Shown piece after piece: positions 7,487 to 16,788 of a DNA stretch of 43,082 bases. The DNA comes from a virus (lineage: Duplodnaviria > Heunggongvirae > Uroviricota > Caudoviricetes). The position numbers and the translations under genes were made by a program. Under the pieces are notes generated by a model, which saw nothing but the letters and a program-made list of their open reading frames with translations, did no database searches and was not told where the DNA came from. The stretch's first letter is position 1, and each line of letters begins with the position of its first letter. The stretch is taken from positions 69,472 through 112,553 of the IMG/VR virus record IMGVR_UViG_3300031420_000496; one strand, 5' to 3'.

Positions 7487-9846
7487 GCCTCGCAGTATTC
7501 TTCTTCCTCAACCGAGGTTTCTTCTTGGTCGAACTTGACCGGCACATCTTCAAGAGCTGCAAGGGCTTCTGCGTTCAGTGCATCGAGCAGAGCTTGCTTG
7601 TCAACCAAGTTGTAGTAGTGCGACTTGAATCCCCAGTGATGACACAGCATCAGGTTACGTGCGACCAGTGTTGCTGGAATCTTGTATTCCGGGAAGAACT
7701 TTGGCGAGTAGAACGTGTCGCTCGAAATACCTTGGTCCGTGTAAACTTGCATGACCGCAACTGTCTTCAGATACTCGATGCAGTCTGGTTGATCCCACAG
7801 CAGCTGGTAATGGTTCTTCAGCTTCTTGTACTCTGGAACAACTTGCGCGAAGTCACCAGCTTTCGAACCCTTGATAACGATCAGGTCCTTGACCATCGAG
7901 ATGCCGTTCGTCGAGTTGATGACGACAGACGATGATTCAACTGGAGGCAGAGCGATGTTGGTCGCATTGCGAACACCATACGTCTTCATGCGAACACGCA
8001 GGCTTTCCCAGTCAAGGTCAGGGCTCGGAGTGAAGTCGGTCAGATCATTCACACCAGGCGCACGACGTTCGTGGGTGAACACGCCACGACCAGGCCATGT
8101 GTTGTCGGACTCCAGGCACTTGCCTTTTTCTTGCGCCAGATCAACAGTTCCTTCGGTTGCATAGAACGACATGTGTTCCATCCAACGTTTCACTTCAGCC
8201 AGTGCTTCTGGTTCACCGTACTTCAGCTTGCGCTTCGCGTGCCAGTAAGCCAGGTTTGTAACACCGATGCCGAGTGGTTCGAATTCCTTGTTGTGCAGTT
8301 CTGACTGGATCGTCAGGAAGTCTTGATACTGCAGCAGGTTGTGGAGCATGCGCTGAAGAATACGAAGCGGGCGACGCATTTCTTCTGGGTGGCGGAATGC
8401 ACCGTAGTTGATCGAACCCAACGTGCAGAGTGCGATACGACCGTTCGTGTCATCGACCGTTTGGAACGGACGAGTGTGCTGCATGATTTCCTGGCACAGG
8501 TTCGACTGGTACACTGGGTGCAGCAGCGAATCGAACGGACCCTGACGTTGAATGTTGTCAACGTTCAGAATGTAGATGCGGCCAACGTCGCCACGCTCTT
8601 TCAGCAGCATGTCTTTGAAGACGGTTTCTGCTGGCAGAGTCTTCACGCGGAGACCCATTGCAACGGCACCCTTCTCGTACTTGACGTACAGCTTTTCGAA
8701 TTCGGCGATGTCGCGGTAGTACGCTTCGTACATGTCCGGCACTTCGTTCGGATCGAAGAATGTGATGTTGCCCTGTGCTTTGAAACGCTTCCAGAAGAAC
8801 GAGCACATTGCGACGGAGTAGTCCATGTGACGAACACGGTTCTCTTCGGTACCCTGGTTGTTCTTCAAGACGATCAGGTCTTCGAACTGATAGTGCCAGA
8901 TTGGGTAGGTCACCGTGCAAGCTGCATTGCGGATACCACCGGCCGAGCACGAGCGCAGGTCAGCGAACCATTTCTTCAGGAACGGAATGTAACCGGTGTG
9001 CTTGATTTCGCCGTTACGGATCGGAGCACCGAGCGGACGGAGGCGCCCAACTTCCAGACCGATACCTGCTTTCTTCGATGCATAGTCAGCGAGCACTTGA
9101 CCCGATGCGAAGATCGATTTCAGTGTATCATCGGACTTGATGAGCACGCAAGACGAGAACTGTTTCGTCTTCGTTCCAAGACCAGCGAGCACAGGCGTTG
9201 CCAGAGTGAACTGTCCATCCGATGCCGAAGCATAGAATTCCTTGACGTACTTCAGGCGATCTTTCTTCTCTGCATGGAACGCGGTAGCAGCTGCCACCAT
9301 GTAACGAATCTGCGGAGTCTCAACGATTTCACCGGTCACACGGTTCTGCACCAGATATTTTTCGCACAGCTGGTCAACTGCTGCGTATGGAAGTGCCTCG
9401 TCCTTTTCGTGGTCGATTGCACGTTCCAACATATCCCATTCTGCTTCGGTGTACCAGGCCAACAGGTCAGGCGTGTACAATTTCTTTTCGACGTTCGCTT
9501 TCACGATGTCGTAAAGACGCGGCACTTCGTACTGTCCGTAAACCTCTTTGCGCAGCATGGTGATGCGCTGCTTACCAGCAACATACTGGTAGTTGACGTT
9601 GCCCACGTCTGGACGTTCGATTTCGTCGATCAGGTCGACCATCGAACGAAGAGCAATCTCGTCGAGACGCTTTGTGGTCATGCCATCGTGAAACTGAGCA
9701 CGAGCATTCATCTCGATCATCGATGGTGAAACGTCAGCTACGCCTTCACATACCTTTGCAATCTGTGATTGCCATTTAGCAAGGTCCCAAGCGACCTTGC
9801 TACCGTCGCGTTTAACGACGAAGTTAATTTCTGAGTTCTTTTCCAT
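7474..9846 (-). CDS. nrdA: ribonucleotide reductase class Ia alpha subunit with ATP cone
   Basis: VVKRDG ATP cone, SSCVL, QSNLCQEI, LCTLGS, C-terminal CEAC. Confidence 0.96.
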   Translation of the reverse strand: MEKNSEINFVVKRDGSKVAWDLAKWQSQIAKVCEGVADVSPSMIEMNARAQFHDGMTTKRLDEIALRSMVDLIDEIERPDVGNVNYQYVAGKQRITMLRKEVYGQYEVPRLYDIVKANVEKKLYTPDLLAWYTEAEWDMLERAIDHEKDEALPYAAVDQLCEKYLVQNRVTGEIVETPQIRYMVAAATAFHAEKKDRLKYVKEFYASASDGQFTLATPVLAGLGTKTKQFSSCVLIKSDDTLKSIFASGQVLADYASKKAGIGLEVGRLRPLGAPIRNGEIKHTGYIPFLKKWFADLRSCSAGGIRNAACTVTYPIWHYQFEDLIVLKNNQGTEENRVRHMDYSVAMCSFFWKRFKAQGNITFFDPNEVPDMYEAYYRDIAEFEKLYVKYEKGAVAMGLRVKTLPAETVFKDMLLKERGDVGRIYILNVDNIQRQGPFDSLLHPVYQSNLCQEIMQHTRPFQTVDDTNGRIALCTLGSINYGAFRHPEEMRRPLRILQRMLHNLLQYQDFLTIQSELHNKEFEPLGIGVTNLAYWHAKRKLKYGEPEALAEVKRWMEHMSFYATEGTVDLAQEKGKCLESDNTWPGRGVFTHERRAPGVNDLTDFTPSPDLDWESLRVRMKTYGVRNATNIALPPVESSSVVINSTNGISMVKDLIVIKGSKAGDFAQVVPEYKKLKNHYQLLWDQPDCIEYLKTVAVMQVYTDQGISSDTFYSPKFFPEYKIPATLVARNLMLCHHWGFKSHYYNLVDKQALLDALNAEALAALEDVPVKFDQEETSVEEEEYCEACVL

Positions 9847-9937
9847 TTACATTTTTCAGTTGGTTGATAGTTGCTTCTGAACAACCAAGATTGACATTAT
9901 AACATCTTTTTCGGTTGTTACGATTCGGAAACTACAA

Positions 9938-9965
9938 CGCACCGTTGATTTTAGTCAACGGTGCG
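9938..9965 (-). terminator. probable terminator after the lysozyme gene
   Basis: 11-bp perfect stem CGCACCGTTGA-ttttag-TCAACGGTGCG. Confidence 0.7.
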
Positions 9966-9977
9966 TGAGGGTGATAC

Positions 9978-10571
9978 TTAGACGAAGCTGATATTCTTGT
10001 TGGTAACAAATGCGCGCACCTCCGTGATACGACGGAGCCAGCCGGTCAGATACCGTGCTTGTGTGGCGTTGTTCTTAACGATGGAACGATAAAAGGCTTC
10101 GCGTTGACTGCAAACGCTGTTGAGAATGTTCATCTCATTCGCAGCTTTTGCTTTAGCGATAGTGACAGGCCCGACTACTCCATCTGCTGGAACGCCGAGC
10201 GCGGTTTGGAGGAATTTGTTTGCACGCGCGACACCGTGGTTGACACAGCCGTCGAAGTGCAGTACTGCCAAGCGTGCAGGGAGTTGATCGCACTTACCGG
10301 CGAGCCAGTAGCGCACGAAGTAAACGGATTTCGCCTGAGCCCATGTCAGCTTTGTGATGTTGAGGTCTTGATTTGCGTTCTTGGCAACACCGAATTTGGT
10401 CTCACCACCGCTGTCGTATGGGTCGTTGACATAGCCAACAGCCTTACGATTTGCCGCGGTATTGATAAGCCCCTGCGCGACAGCAGGGTGATTGACGTTC
10501 CAAAAACCGCCAACCTCGTAGAGCATCGCGTGGTCGATCGCCCGCTCAAATGCCTTTGTGTAAGTTGCCAT
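9978..10571 (-). CDS. glycoside hydrolase family 108 lysozyme with peptidoglycan-binding C-terminal domain
   Basis: YE.GG...GYVNDPYDSGGETKFGV, YFVRYW, HFDGCVNHG, DGVVGPVT, YLTGWLRR; late promoter upstream. Confidence 0.88.
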   Translation of the reverse strand: MATYTKAFERAIDHAMLYEVGGFWNVNHPAVAQGLINTAANRKAVGYVNDPYDSGGETKFGVAKNANQDLNITKLTWAQAKSVYFVRYWLAGKCDQLPARLAVLHFDGCVNHGVARANKFLQTALGVPADGVVGPVTIAKAKAANEMNILNSVCSQREAFYRSIVKNNATQARYLTGWLRRITEVRAFVTNKNISFV

Positions 10572-10594
10572 GAATAGCCTCCTAGATTGAAGGC

Positions 10595-10602
10595 TATTTA
10601 TG
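10595..10602 (-). promoter_or_regulatory. late promoter
   Basis: CATAAATA, 24 nt upstream of the lysozyme start. Confidence 0.75.
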
Positions 10603-10681
10603 GTTGTGATTACATCGAGCGCGCTGAACGAGGCCCACTTGGGTCGATATATAACTATGAACAAATACTCATAGAAAATAT

Positions 10682-11284
10682 ATGAATTCAGGCATTTATA
10701 TCATCAAACACATCAATTCCGAAACACGCTATGTTGGCAGCTCTGTGAATATCAAACGCCGATGGCTTCGACACAAGAGAGAATTGAGGGCTGGCGTGCA
10801 TAGGTGTTCTCATCTGCAACGTGCGTACAACAAGTACGGAGCTGACGCATTTACCTACGAGCTAGTAGAAGCAGTTGCACCAGAGAAAGAACTTTTGCTT
10901 TCCGCCGAACAGCGTTGGATGGATGCATCAACGAAACTGTACAACACCTGCAAACTTGCTGGAAGTCCGTTAGGCACAAAGTTGACAGCTGAACAACGCG
11001 CGAAGATTTCGAAAGCATTGAAGGGAAAACCAAAGTCGCCGGAACATGTCGAAGCAAATCGTCAAGCGCAATTGAAAGTACCACGGAACGAGGAGAATGC
11101 AAAGCGCTGGGGACAGAATCGCCTCGGCACAAAGCAAACTCCTGAACAGATTGCAAAGAGGGTGGCAAGTAGGCGTGCCACCATTGCAAGAAAGAAAGCG
11201 TTAGCCCAAAATATCGCCAACAGTTTTTCCGAACACGTAGCGTCCGATGTCATGGGGCCCACACACGATCCCGTAAAAGATTGA
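10682..11284 (+). mobile_element. free-standing GIY-YIG homing endonuclease with NUMOD3-like DNA-binding repeats
   Basis: SGIYII..., YVGSSVNIKRRW, HLQRAYNKYG, EQRWMD, YN; AEQRAKISKALKGKPKSPEH; opposite strand to neighbours. Confidence 0.9.
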
Positions 11285-11710
11285 TTTGCCGTTTGACATT
11301 TCTGGCCCAGTTGGATGGATCATCGCAGAGCCCTTCGGAACCATCGGGTGGATGCACGATTTCTTTTCGAAGTAATCGATGACCGTCAGTTTCGTTGTGA
11401 CTAGCTTGGAATCGTTGGGCGAGAAGAGGAGGATGTCGTGTTCGAACGTGGCACAGGCCGTGATCGGAATTGAATCAATGGTGTACGTCTCACGGTCAAC
11501 CGCGATAAGATTCCAGCTGGCAGGAAAGTCGATTTCCAGGTTCTGGACCCGGACGCGGATGGTAGGCCCGATGGTTTCTTCCAGGTACTCGAGTGGTTCG
11601 AGTTTGAAGTCCATCATGTGGCCGCTCAGCGTCCAGAAGTGGGTCACACCCATCGGCCCAGTAAGGGAATCGATGATGTATGACCTGGAGACTTCTGTTA
11701 GAATTTGCAT
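11201..11710 (-). CDS. hypothetical protein
   Basis: 169-aa ORF with phage codon usage. Confidence 0.65.
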   Translation of the reverse strand: MQILTEVSRSYIIDSLTGPMGVTHFWTLSGHMMDFKLEPLEYLEETIGPTIRVRVQNLEIDFPASWNLIAVDRETYTIDSIPITACATFEHDILLFSPNDSKLVTTKLTVIDYFEKKSCIHPMVPKGSAMIHPTGPEMSNGKSIFYGIVCGPHDIGRYVFGKTVGDILG

Positions 11711-11718
11711 GTATTGCC

Positions 11719-12036
11719 TTAGTGATAGTAGTGGAAGACGAGGTCTACAATATACCCTGTTTTCCGTGTGGCATCATCAGTAAACTTGAGTCGGATCAAC
11801 CATTCGTTCTTCTCGTAGGTTGATTGCTTGGTTTCAACTGCCGTGCCGATTTGATAGTGGCAAATGATACCGGCCATCTGCAGCGAAGACATAATCATCT
11901 TCAACGAGCGTTCGTGCTCGTCGAGGGTGATTACGTTTCCGAGTGCATTGCGAGTGTTGGACTGCAGTTGACGCAGGGCATTCTCGACGATCGGTTCGCA
12001 GCGTTGTTTGACCTCTGGGCGTGAACGAATTTTCAT
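11719..12036 (-). CDS. hypothetical protein
   Basis: GGAGG RBS upstream. Confidence 0.65.
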   Translation of the reverse strand: MKIRSRPEVKQRCEPIVENALRQLQSNTRNALGNVITLDEHERSLKMIMSSLQMAGIICHYQIGTAVETKQSTYEKNEWLIRLKFTDDATRKTGYIVDLVFHYYH

Positions 12037-12047
12037 GTGTACCTCCT

Positions 12048-13457
12048 TTACAGTTTGAACTTCTTGATCTTAGCCATCTTGTACTTGGCTTCTTTGAAAT
12101 ACTTGACGCGTTCGCGGAAGTGTTTCTTCGACCATTTCAACTTGGAGTGTACATCAACACAGACGACGCTGTCTTTGTCATGACCCTTGCGGAGTGAACG
12201 GCCAACGGTTTGAATTGCACGAATGAACGATTTACCAGCATCGATCATGAACAGGCAGAAGATACGGTCGATCGAAATACCGGTGGATGCAATGCCGAAG
12301 GTTGCGATGACGATCATGTCGTCTCGTTCTTCAAACATCGAGTACCATTCAGCACGGACATCGGAGTCGTCAGCACCGTACAGGAACACAGAGTTCTTGA
12401 TACGCTTCTGCAGTGCTTGACCTTGCTTGATCGAGTTGACGAGAACAAACGTATTGCCATGCTGTTCAGCCTTCGCGATGATGAGGTCAGCCAGGAAGTC
12501 GAGACGTTCAGGCGACTTTGCCAGGTAGGCCTTCTCGCTCTGGTAGTCCGGGAATTCTTCCTCAACGTCCTCTTCGGTTTCGACTGGTTCGATTTCCAGC
12601 TCAGCGACGTAACCCATCTCCATCAGTTCGGCAGCGGTGATGGCGTACAGCTCTTCGCCGATGCAGCCCTTGAGAGTCGTCTGGTCGATCAGTGGTTTCG
12701 GCAGAGTGCCGGTGAAGCCGTAACGGTAGGCGATGTCTTTGCCGTGCACGTTGATGAGTTCACCAACGACCTTGGCTTTTGCACCGTGCGCTTCGTCGAC
12801 GATGACGCACTGGAAATCTTTCATAACAGCAGGATTGTTCTGCAGTGCTTGCCAGGTTGCAACGACCACCATGTGATACAGGTCTTTGCTTTCGCCCGAG
12901 TACGTACCAACATCAAGCGCTGCAAGGCGGAACGTGGCGACGGTTTGTTTCACCAAGTCATCGGACGGAACGATGACGATTGTGCGGAGTTCGTTCTCCG
13001 ACATGACGTCGGACAGAGCTGCAACCATCCAGGTTTTGCCTGACGCGGTGGCAGCGACAACGAAACCTGAACCAGCATCCAGGCAGGCATTGACTGCATC
13101 AACCTGGTACGGGCGCATCGTTACTTTCAGCTCCATGCCTTCTTTGCCGATGAAGCGATCTGCGTCGATGCGGGTTTTGATAACAGGAACTGGTTTGCGC
13201 AAGTCTTGCAGGTTGACTTCATAACCCCAGCCGTCGATGAACGGCAGGATGTCAGGCAGCAAGCGGGTGTAAACCTTGCCGCTCGGTTCGAAGAACTTGA
13301 CCTTGCCGTCCCAACGGCCGAGTTTGTAAAGCGGCATGAAGAATGCGCCTTCAACCATCAGGGCGAATTTCTTCATCAGGAATTCGTGGTCCTGTGGTTC
13401 GAGTCCAGTGACGTGACAATGGACTTCGTCACGTACGGTAATGTTGCATGTCTTCAT
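12048..13457 (-). CDS. uvsW: SF2 DNA helicase, UvsW-like
   Basis: MRPYQ, AATASGKT, IVDEAH, GFTGT, QTVGRSLR; in a cluster with UvsX and UvsY. Confidence 0.9.
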   Translation of the reverse strand: MKTCNITVRDEVHCHVTGLEPQDHEFLMKKFALMVEGAFFMPLYKLGRWDGKVKFFEPSGKVYTRLLPDILPFIDGWGYEVNLQDLRKPVPVIKTRIDADRFIGKEGMELKVTMRPYQVDAVNACLDAGSGFVVAATASGKTWMVAALSDVMSENELRTIVIVPSDDLVKQTVATFRLAALDVGTYSGESKDLYHMVVVATWQALQNNPAVMKDFQCVIVDEAHGAKAKVVGELINVHGKDIAYRYGFTGTLPKPLIDQTTLKGCIGEELYAITAAELMEMGYVAELEIEPVETEEDVEEEFPDYQSEKAYLAKSPERLDFLADLIIAKAEQHGNTFVLVNSIKQGQALQKRIKNSVFLYGADDSDVRAEWYSMFEERDDMIVIATFGIASTGISIDRIFCLFMIDAGKSFIRAIQTVGRSLRKGHDKDSVVCVDVHSKLKWSKKHFRERVKYFKEAKYKMAKIKKFKL

Positions 13458-13696
13458 GGCTTTTCCAAAAGTTCAGCTTGTCGTAGTTTCTTCATGCGCT
13501 CGCCAAGTGCGTTGATGTCAGAAGTGTCGGCATCAGACAATGGGATACGAATCACGAGTTCGATGAAGAATTGCTTGCTCATGGTGATGCGCGTAGTCAT
13601 GTTGTGCGAGTACTGAACGTCAGCGTCGACTTTGATGTCGCGAACTTCGATCGCTGTTGGCTGACGCCCTGTCGGTTGGCGAGACGTGATTTTCAT
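13454..13696 (-). CDS. hypothetical protein
   Basis: 4-nt overlaps with both neighbours. Confidence 0.55.
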   Translation of the reverse strand: MKITSRQPTGRQPTAIEVRDIKVDADVQYSHNMTTRITMSKQFFIELVIRIPLSDADTSDINALGERMKKLRQAELLEKP

Positions 13697-14010
13697 GAGT
13701 AAGTGAAGTGACGTTCGAGGTTGTGTTTCTTGACGTAGGCCAGCGCGTTGAGACTGCGACCACTGCCGCTCACCATCGTGATGGAAAGCATCAGGAGTTT
13801 CGTCAGCTCACTGTTCGAAATACTTGCCTCCGGGGAAAGAGTCATTGTAACAGGACGACCGTTCTCGTCGCGACCTGACATAGTGATCGGAGGCAAGTCT
13901 TCAACCATCGGCGAAGACTGCAGCATGCCGTATGCGTCGATTGAAATGTTGCCGTTGATGTTACCACTGATGATCGCACCACCGTTCGAGATTGTGTATG
14001 TGTTTGGCAT
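13693..14010 (-). CDS. hypothetical protein
   Basis: overlaps with both neighbours. Confidence 0.55.
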   Translation of the reverse strand: MPNTYTISNGGAIISGNINGNISIDAYGMLQSSPMVEDLPPITMSGRDENGRPVTMTLSPEASISNSELTKLLMLSITMVSGSGRSLNALAYVKKHNLERHFTYS

Positions 14011-14471
14011 TATAGAGTTGCTTCCTGTAGCTCTGCTACTCGGAGTTTAGTTACGTGGCCCAACATCCAGCCCATCTGTTTGAATGCTTCAACGATTTCG
14101 TTGAGTTGGGAATACAGAAGACTTGCTTCAATGATTAGCTGATTCAGCTCGACGATGTCTCGTTCGCCGTTGATAAACGTCTGGGCTTCACGTTGACCCA
14201 GTGCACGTTGGCCCTGGGCATAGTTCTTCGTGAAACGTGCTTCGAGCTTTGCCTTGTAGTTTTCCAACCACTTCACAACGTGCTTCATTTCGTTTGCACG
14301 TTGTGCGTAGGAAACTTGATGCTGCGCCAGGTTCCGAGCAATCAGCTCCAGGCGCATGCCATCGAGTTCGAACAGTGGTTCGGCGTTTTTTACGTGGGTC
14401 TCATAACGCTCGAAGATCGCAGGCAGCTGGTCAGCTAGCTTGTCTTCATCGAGGGTGAAGAGGAAACTCAC
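14010..14471 (-). CDS. uvsY: recombination mediator, UvsY-like
   Basis: helical ~150 aa with FINGERDI...IVEAFKQMGWML pattern; context. Confidence 0.7.
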   Translation of the reverse strand: MSFLFTLDEDKLADQLPAIFERYETHVKNAEPLFELDGMRLELIARNLAQHQVSYAQRANEMKHVVKWLENYKAKLEARFTKNYAQGQRALGQREAQTFINGERDIVELNQLIIEASLLYSQLNEIVEAFKQMGWMLGHVTKLRVAELQEATL

Positions 14472-14920
14472 TCGTCATCCCCGTCAAAATCGAGGTCGCC
14501 CTCGTCATCGTCCAGCATTTCGATGTCTTGGACGGTACCGCGTTCGATCAGGTCTTCCATCTTTGCAGCTTCGATGATTTGCTTGGATGCACTTTCTGCG
14601 CTGTCCTGATCCGGAGCGTCAACGATGAATTCGATGTTGATTGCAAATGTTGCCATTGTTGTTACCTTAAGTTGAGATGAGATGAGAAATTCACCGCTTC
14701 GATAATCGAAGTCGATGCTTCGGCCAGCAGTGAGAGTGACGGTGGAGATGTCTGCTACGATGAGCGGAATAGTTGCTATTATACAATCAAATTCGGTCTT
14801 TTCCGAATTTAAAATAAGATCAACGTGTGAGCCGCCTCCAACGCTGGCTTGAATGCGAAATGCCTTGCCATCATCTAAGAGCGTGAGAATCTTAGCTCTG
14901 GCACAGAGAGAAACGTTCAT
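14468..14920 (-). CDS. degenerate HesB/IscA-like domain in frame with an acidic peptide (second start possible at 14656)
   Basis: SLCARAKILTLL..FRIQASVGGG..DL.L...VAD..TV.L.AG.SIDFD pattern; RBS-like AAGGT before 14656. Confidence 0.4.
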   Translation of the reverse strand: MNVSLCARAKILTLLDDGKAFRIQASVGGGSHVDLILNSEKTEFDCIIATIPLIVADISTVTLTAGRSIDFDYRSGEFLISSQLKVTTMATFAINIEFIVDAPDQDSAESASKQIIEAAKMEDLIERGTVQDIEMLDDDEGDLDFDGDDE

Positions 14921-14929
14921 TGGAATTGA

Positions 14930-14949
14930 AAAGGGGCGCAAGCCCCTTT
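14930..14949. terminator. intrinsic terminator
   Basis: AAAGGGGC-gcaa-GCCCCTTT. Confidence 0.8.
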
Positions 14950-14953
14950 GTTA

Positions 14954-15106
14954 TTACAGCTTTGGCAGAGGTTGGTCGGGCAGCAATACCAGGTCGGACA
15001 GCCGACGCTTGGTCTCATTGCCCTGGTCATCGACTACCAGCACGAACACTTCGAGTTGGTTGCTTCCCTCGTCGAAGTAATCAAGGCCGATGTCGATGAT
15101 CTTCAT
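14954..15106 (-). CDS. 50-aa hypothetical protein (MKIIDIGLDY...)
   Basis: read by hand; ATGA overlap with the upstream gene. Confidence 0.55.
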   Translation of the reverse strand: MKIIDIGLDYFDEGSNQLEVFVLVVDDQGNETKRRLSDLVLLPDQPLPKL

Positions 15107-15300
15107 TCTGCGTCCTTTGTTTTGTCAGCTTTCTCGGTCTTGCTCACGAGCGCGTTCTGCTCGATTGTTGCACGAATCGCCTTCATCAGTTTTGCCTGTG
15201 AAGTGAAGACTTCAGTTTTGTACGTGCCGTCGTTTGGCGAGGTGAAGATGAATCCGCCGTGTACCAACTGAATGTTGATTGATGTTTCCATGTCGTCCAT
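15103..15300 (-). CDS. hypothetical protein
   Basis: AGGAGG RBS upstream. Confidence 0.6.
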   Translation of the reverse strand: MDDMETSINIQLVHGGFIFTSPNDGTYKTEVFTSQAKLMKAIRATIEQNALVSKTEKADKTKDAE

Positions 15301-15315
15301 GATTGAACCTCCTTA

Positions 15316-16386
15316 TTATTCGTCTTGATCCGTGACGGATTCAAGAGCGTCGATGTCGATTTCTGGTTCGTCACGAGCCAGCATTGGTGCGCAGAGTGGG
15401 TGTTCCAGAATCTTGAGCGCGATTTCATCGGTGAGTTCGTCTTCCTTGAAAGCAATGCGATTGCCTTCCCACTCAGCGATCCACTTCAGTTTTTCGCCCG
15501 GTTGCGTACCTTTCTTGATGACACCGTCTTCTTCCAGCATCTCGATGAGACCGGAGGTCGAAGCCATGCCGCTGTTGTAAGGAACATCGAGTTCAACTTT
15601 GGTGCCCAACCTTGCGAAGCGCGACTTGTACGTTTCGAACTTCATACGTACGCCGATGACTTTGCTGTCCTCTTTCAACTTCAGCTTCGTGATGATGCCG
15701 ATGATGGATGAAGAGAACTTGGTTGAGTTCGTGATTGCCCATGGTCCATCGCCAAGCATGATGTCCTGTGGGTACACGTGGTCGGTGATCAACAGCTTGA
15801 TCGGCAGTCGTGCAGTGCGGCCGAGTGCGAGACGCAGCATCGCTTTACGACGTTTTGCCAATTGACCTTGGTCACCTTTGATGACGCCCTTGTTGTAGTT
15901 TTCCATCTCGGTCTCGGACGACAGCATCGCCAGCGAGTCGATGATGACCAACGTCTTCGGTGCATCAGGGTTGTCCTTGCCGTATTCTTTCTGATAGTTC
16001 TGGAAGAACTCGGACAGGATGCCGTTCATGTCTTCAATGGTCGAGCATTGGAGGTACGTCAGCTTTTCTTCGTCGGTGTTGACACCAATCTTCTTCAGGT
16101 AGTCGACGTCGATCGCATTCTCGGTATCGATGATGAGGACGTGGTAGTCTTGCTTCTGTGCTTGCAGAGCGATGTTCGAAACGATGAACGATTTACCGGA
16201 ACCCGATGGGCCAGCGAACAGCGTGATGCGGTTCAGTGGAACACCCTTCTTGTAGTCGCCTGACAGGGCGCGGTTCAAGGCATAGTTACCAGTGCTCAAC
16301 CATTCGGTAATCTCTTTGAGACCGACACCGACGGTTTCCAGCTTGGCGACTTCCTTCTTGAACTTGTCGAGGAATTTGAGTCCCAT
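15316..16386 (-). CDS. uvsX: RecA-like recombinase
   Basis: WLSTGNYALN, GPSGSGKS, IDTENA, IIDSLAML, KSRF. Confidence 0.93.
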   Translation of the reverse strand: MGLKFLDKFKKEVAKLETVGVGLKEITEWLSTGNYALNRALSGDYKKGVPLNRITLFAGPSGSGKSFIVSNIALQAQKQDYHVLIIDTENAIDVDYLKKIGVNTDEEKLTYLQCSTIEDMNGILSEFFQNYQKEYGKDNPDAPKTLVIIDSLAMLSSETEMENYNKGVIKGDQGQLAKRRKAMLRLALGRTARLPIKLLITDHVYPQDIMLGDGPWAITNSTKFSSSIIGIITKLKLKEDSKVIGVRMKFETYKSRFARLGTKVELDVPYNSGMASTSGLIEMLEEDGVIKKGTQPGEKLKWIAEWEGNRIAFKEDELTDEIALKILEHPLCAPMLARDEPEIDIDALESVTDQDE

Positions 16387-16715
16387 TATGCGATCCAGTT
16401 CATATCGATATACAGCATGTTCGGGGCTTCGAACGAGAAGCGTTCAATGTCGTAGCCCGCATCAAACAGGTCTTGCACGACAGTAGCGACAGCCATGGTT
16501 GTCAGGCTCGAGTCCAGATCGTTGGCAACTGCATTCGCATCGATTTCGATCGGTGCGTTGATCGACTCTTTGCCCAGTGTTGCCGAGGTTTGGATCAGTT
16601 GATCCATTTGCTGGGAGATGTCCTGATAGATGGCATCAGCCTGGTGACCGCCTGCACGAATGGCAGCGATGGTTGCATTACGCGCGTCGCGCGCATCAGT
16701 AGCTTGAAAAGTCAT
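16386..16715 (-). CDS. hypothetical protein
   Basis: GGAG RBS; stop overlaps the uvsX start. Confidence 0.6.
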   Translation of the reverse strand: MTFQATDARDARNATIAAIRAGGHQADAIYQDISQQMDQLIQTSATLGKESINAPIEIDANAVANDLDSSLTTMAVATVVQDLFDAGYDIERFSFEAPNMLYIDMNWIA

Positions 16716-16788
16716 TTTTTACTCCAGGTGGGAAAGTTGGTATGCAACCTGGATGACTGTAAGTACAATCATCCAGGCAGCTCAGAAA

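Noticed and set aside
8323-9729. 468-aa plus-strand ORF
   Set aside because: Antisense shadow of nrdA.
6180-9846. Introns or inteins in nrdA, nrdB, terL or the helicase
   Set aside because: All are continuous and of normal length, with no Hint or splicing motifs.
11719-12036. Faint resemblance to the tail-sheath C-terminal domain
   Set aside because: Too weak to call without a profile search.
13395-13412. tRNA T-loop-like GGTTCGAGTCC
   Set aside because: Lies inside the helicase CDS with no acceptor, D or anticodon stems.
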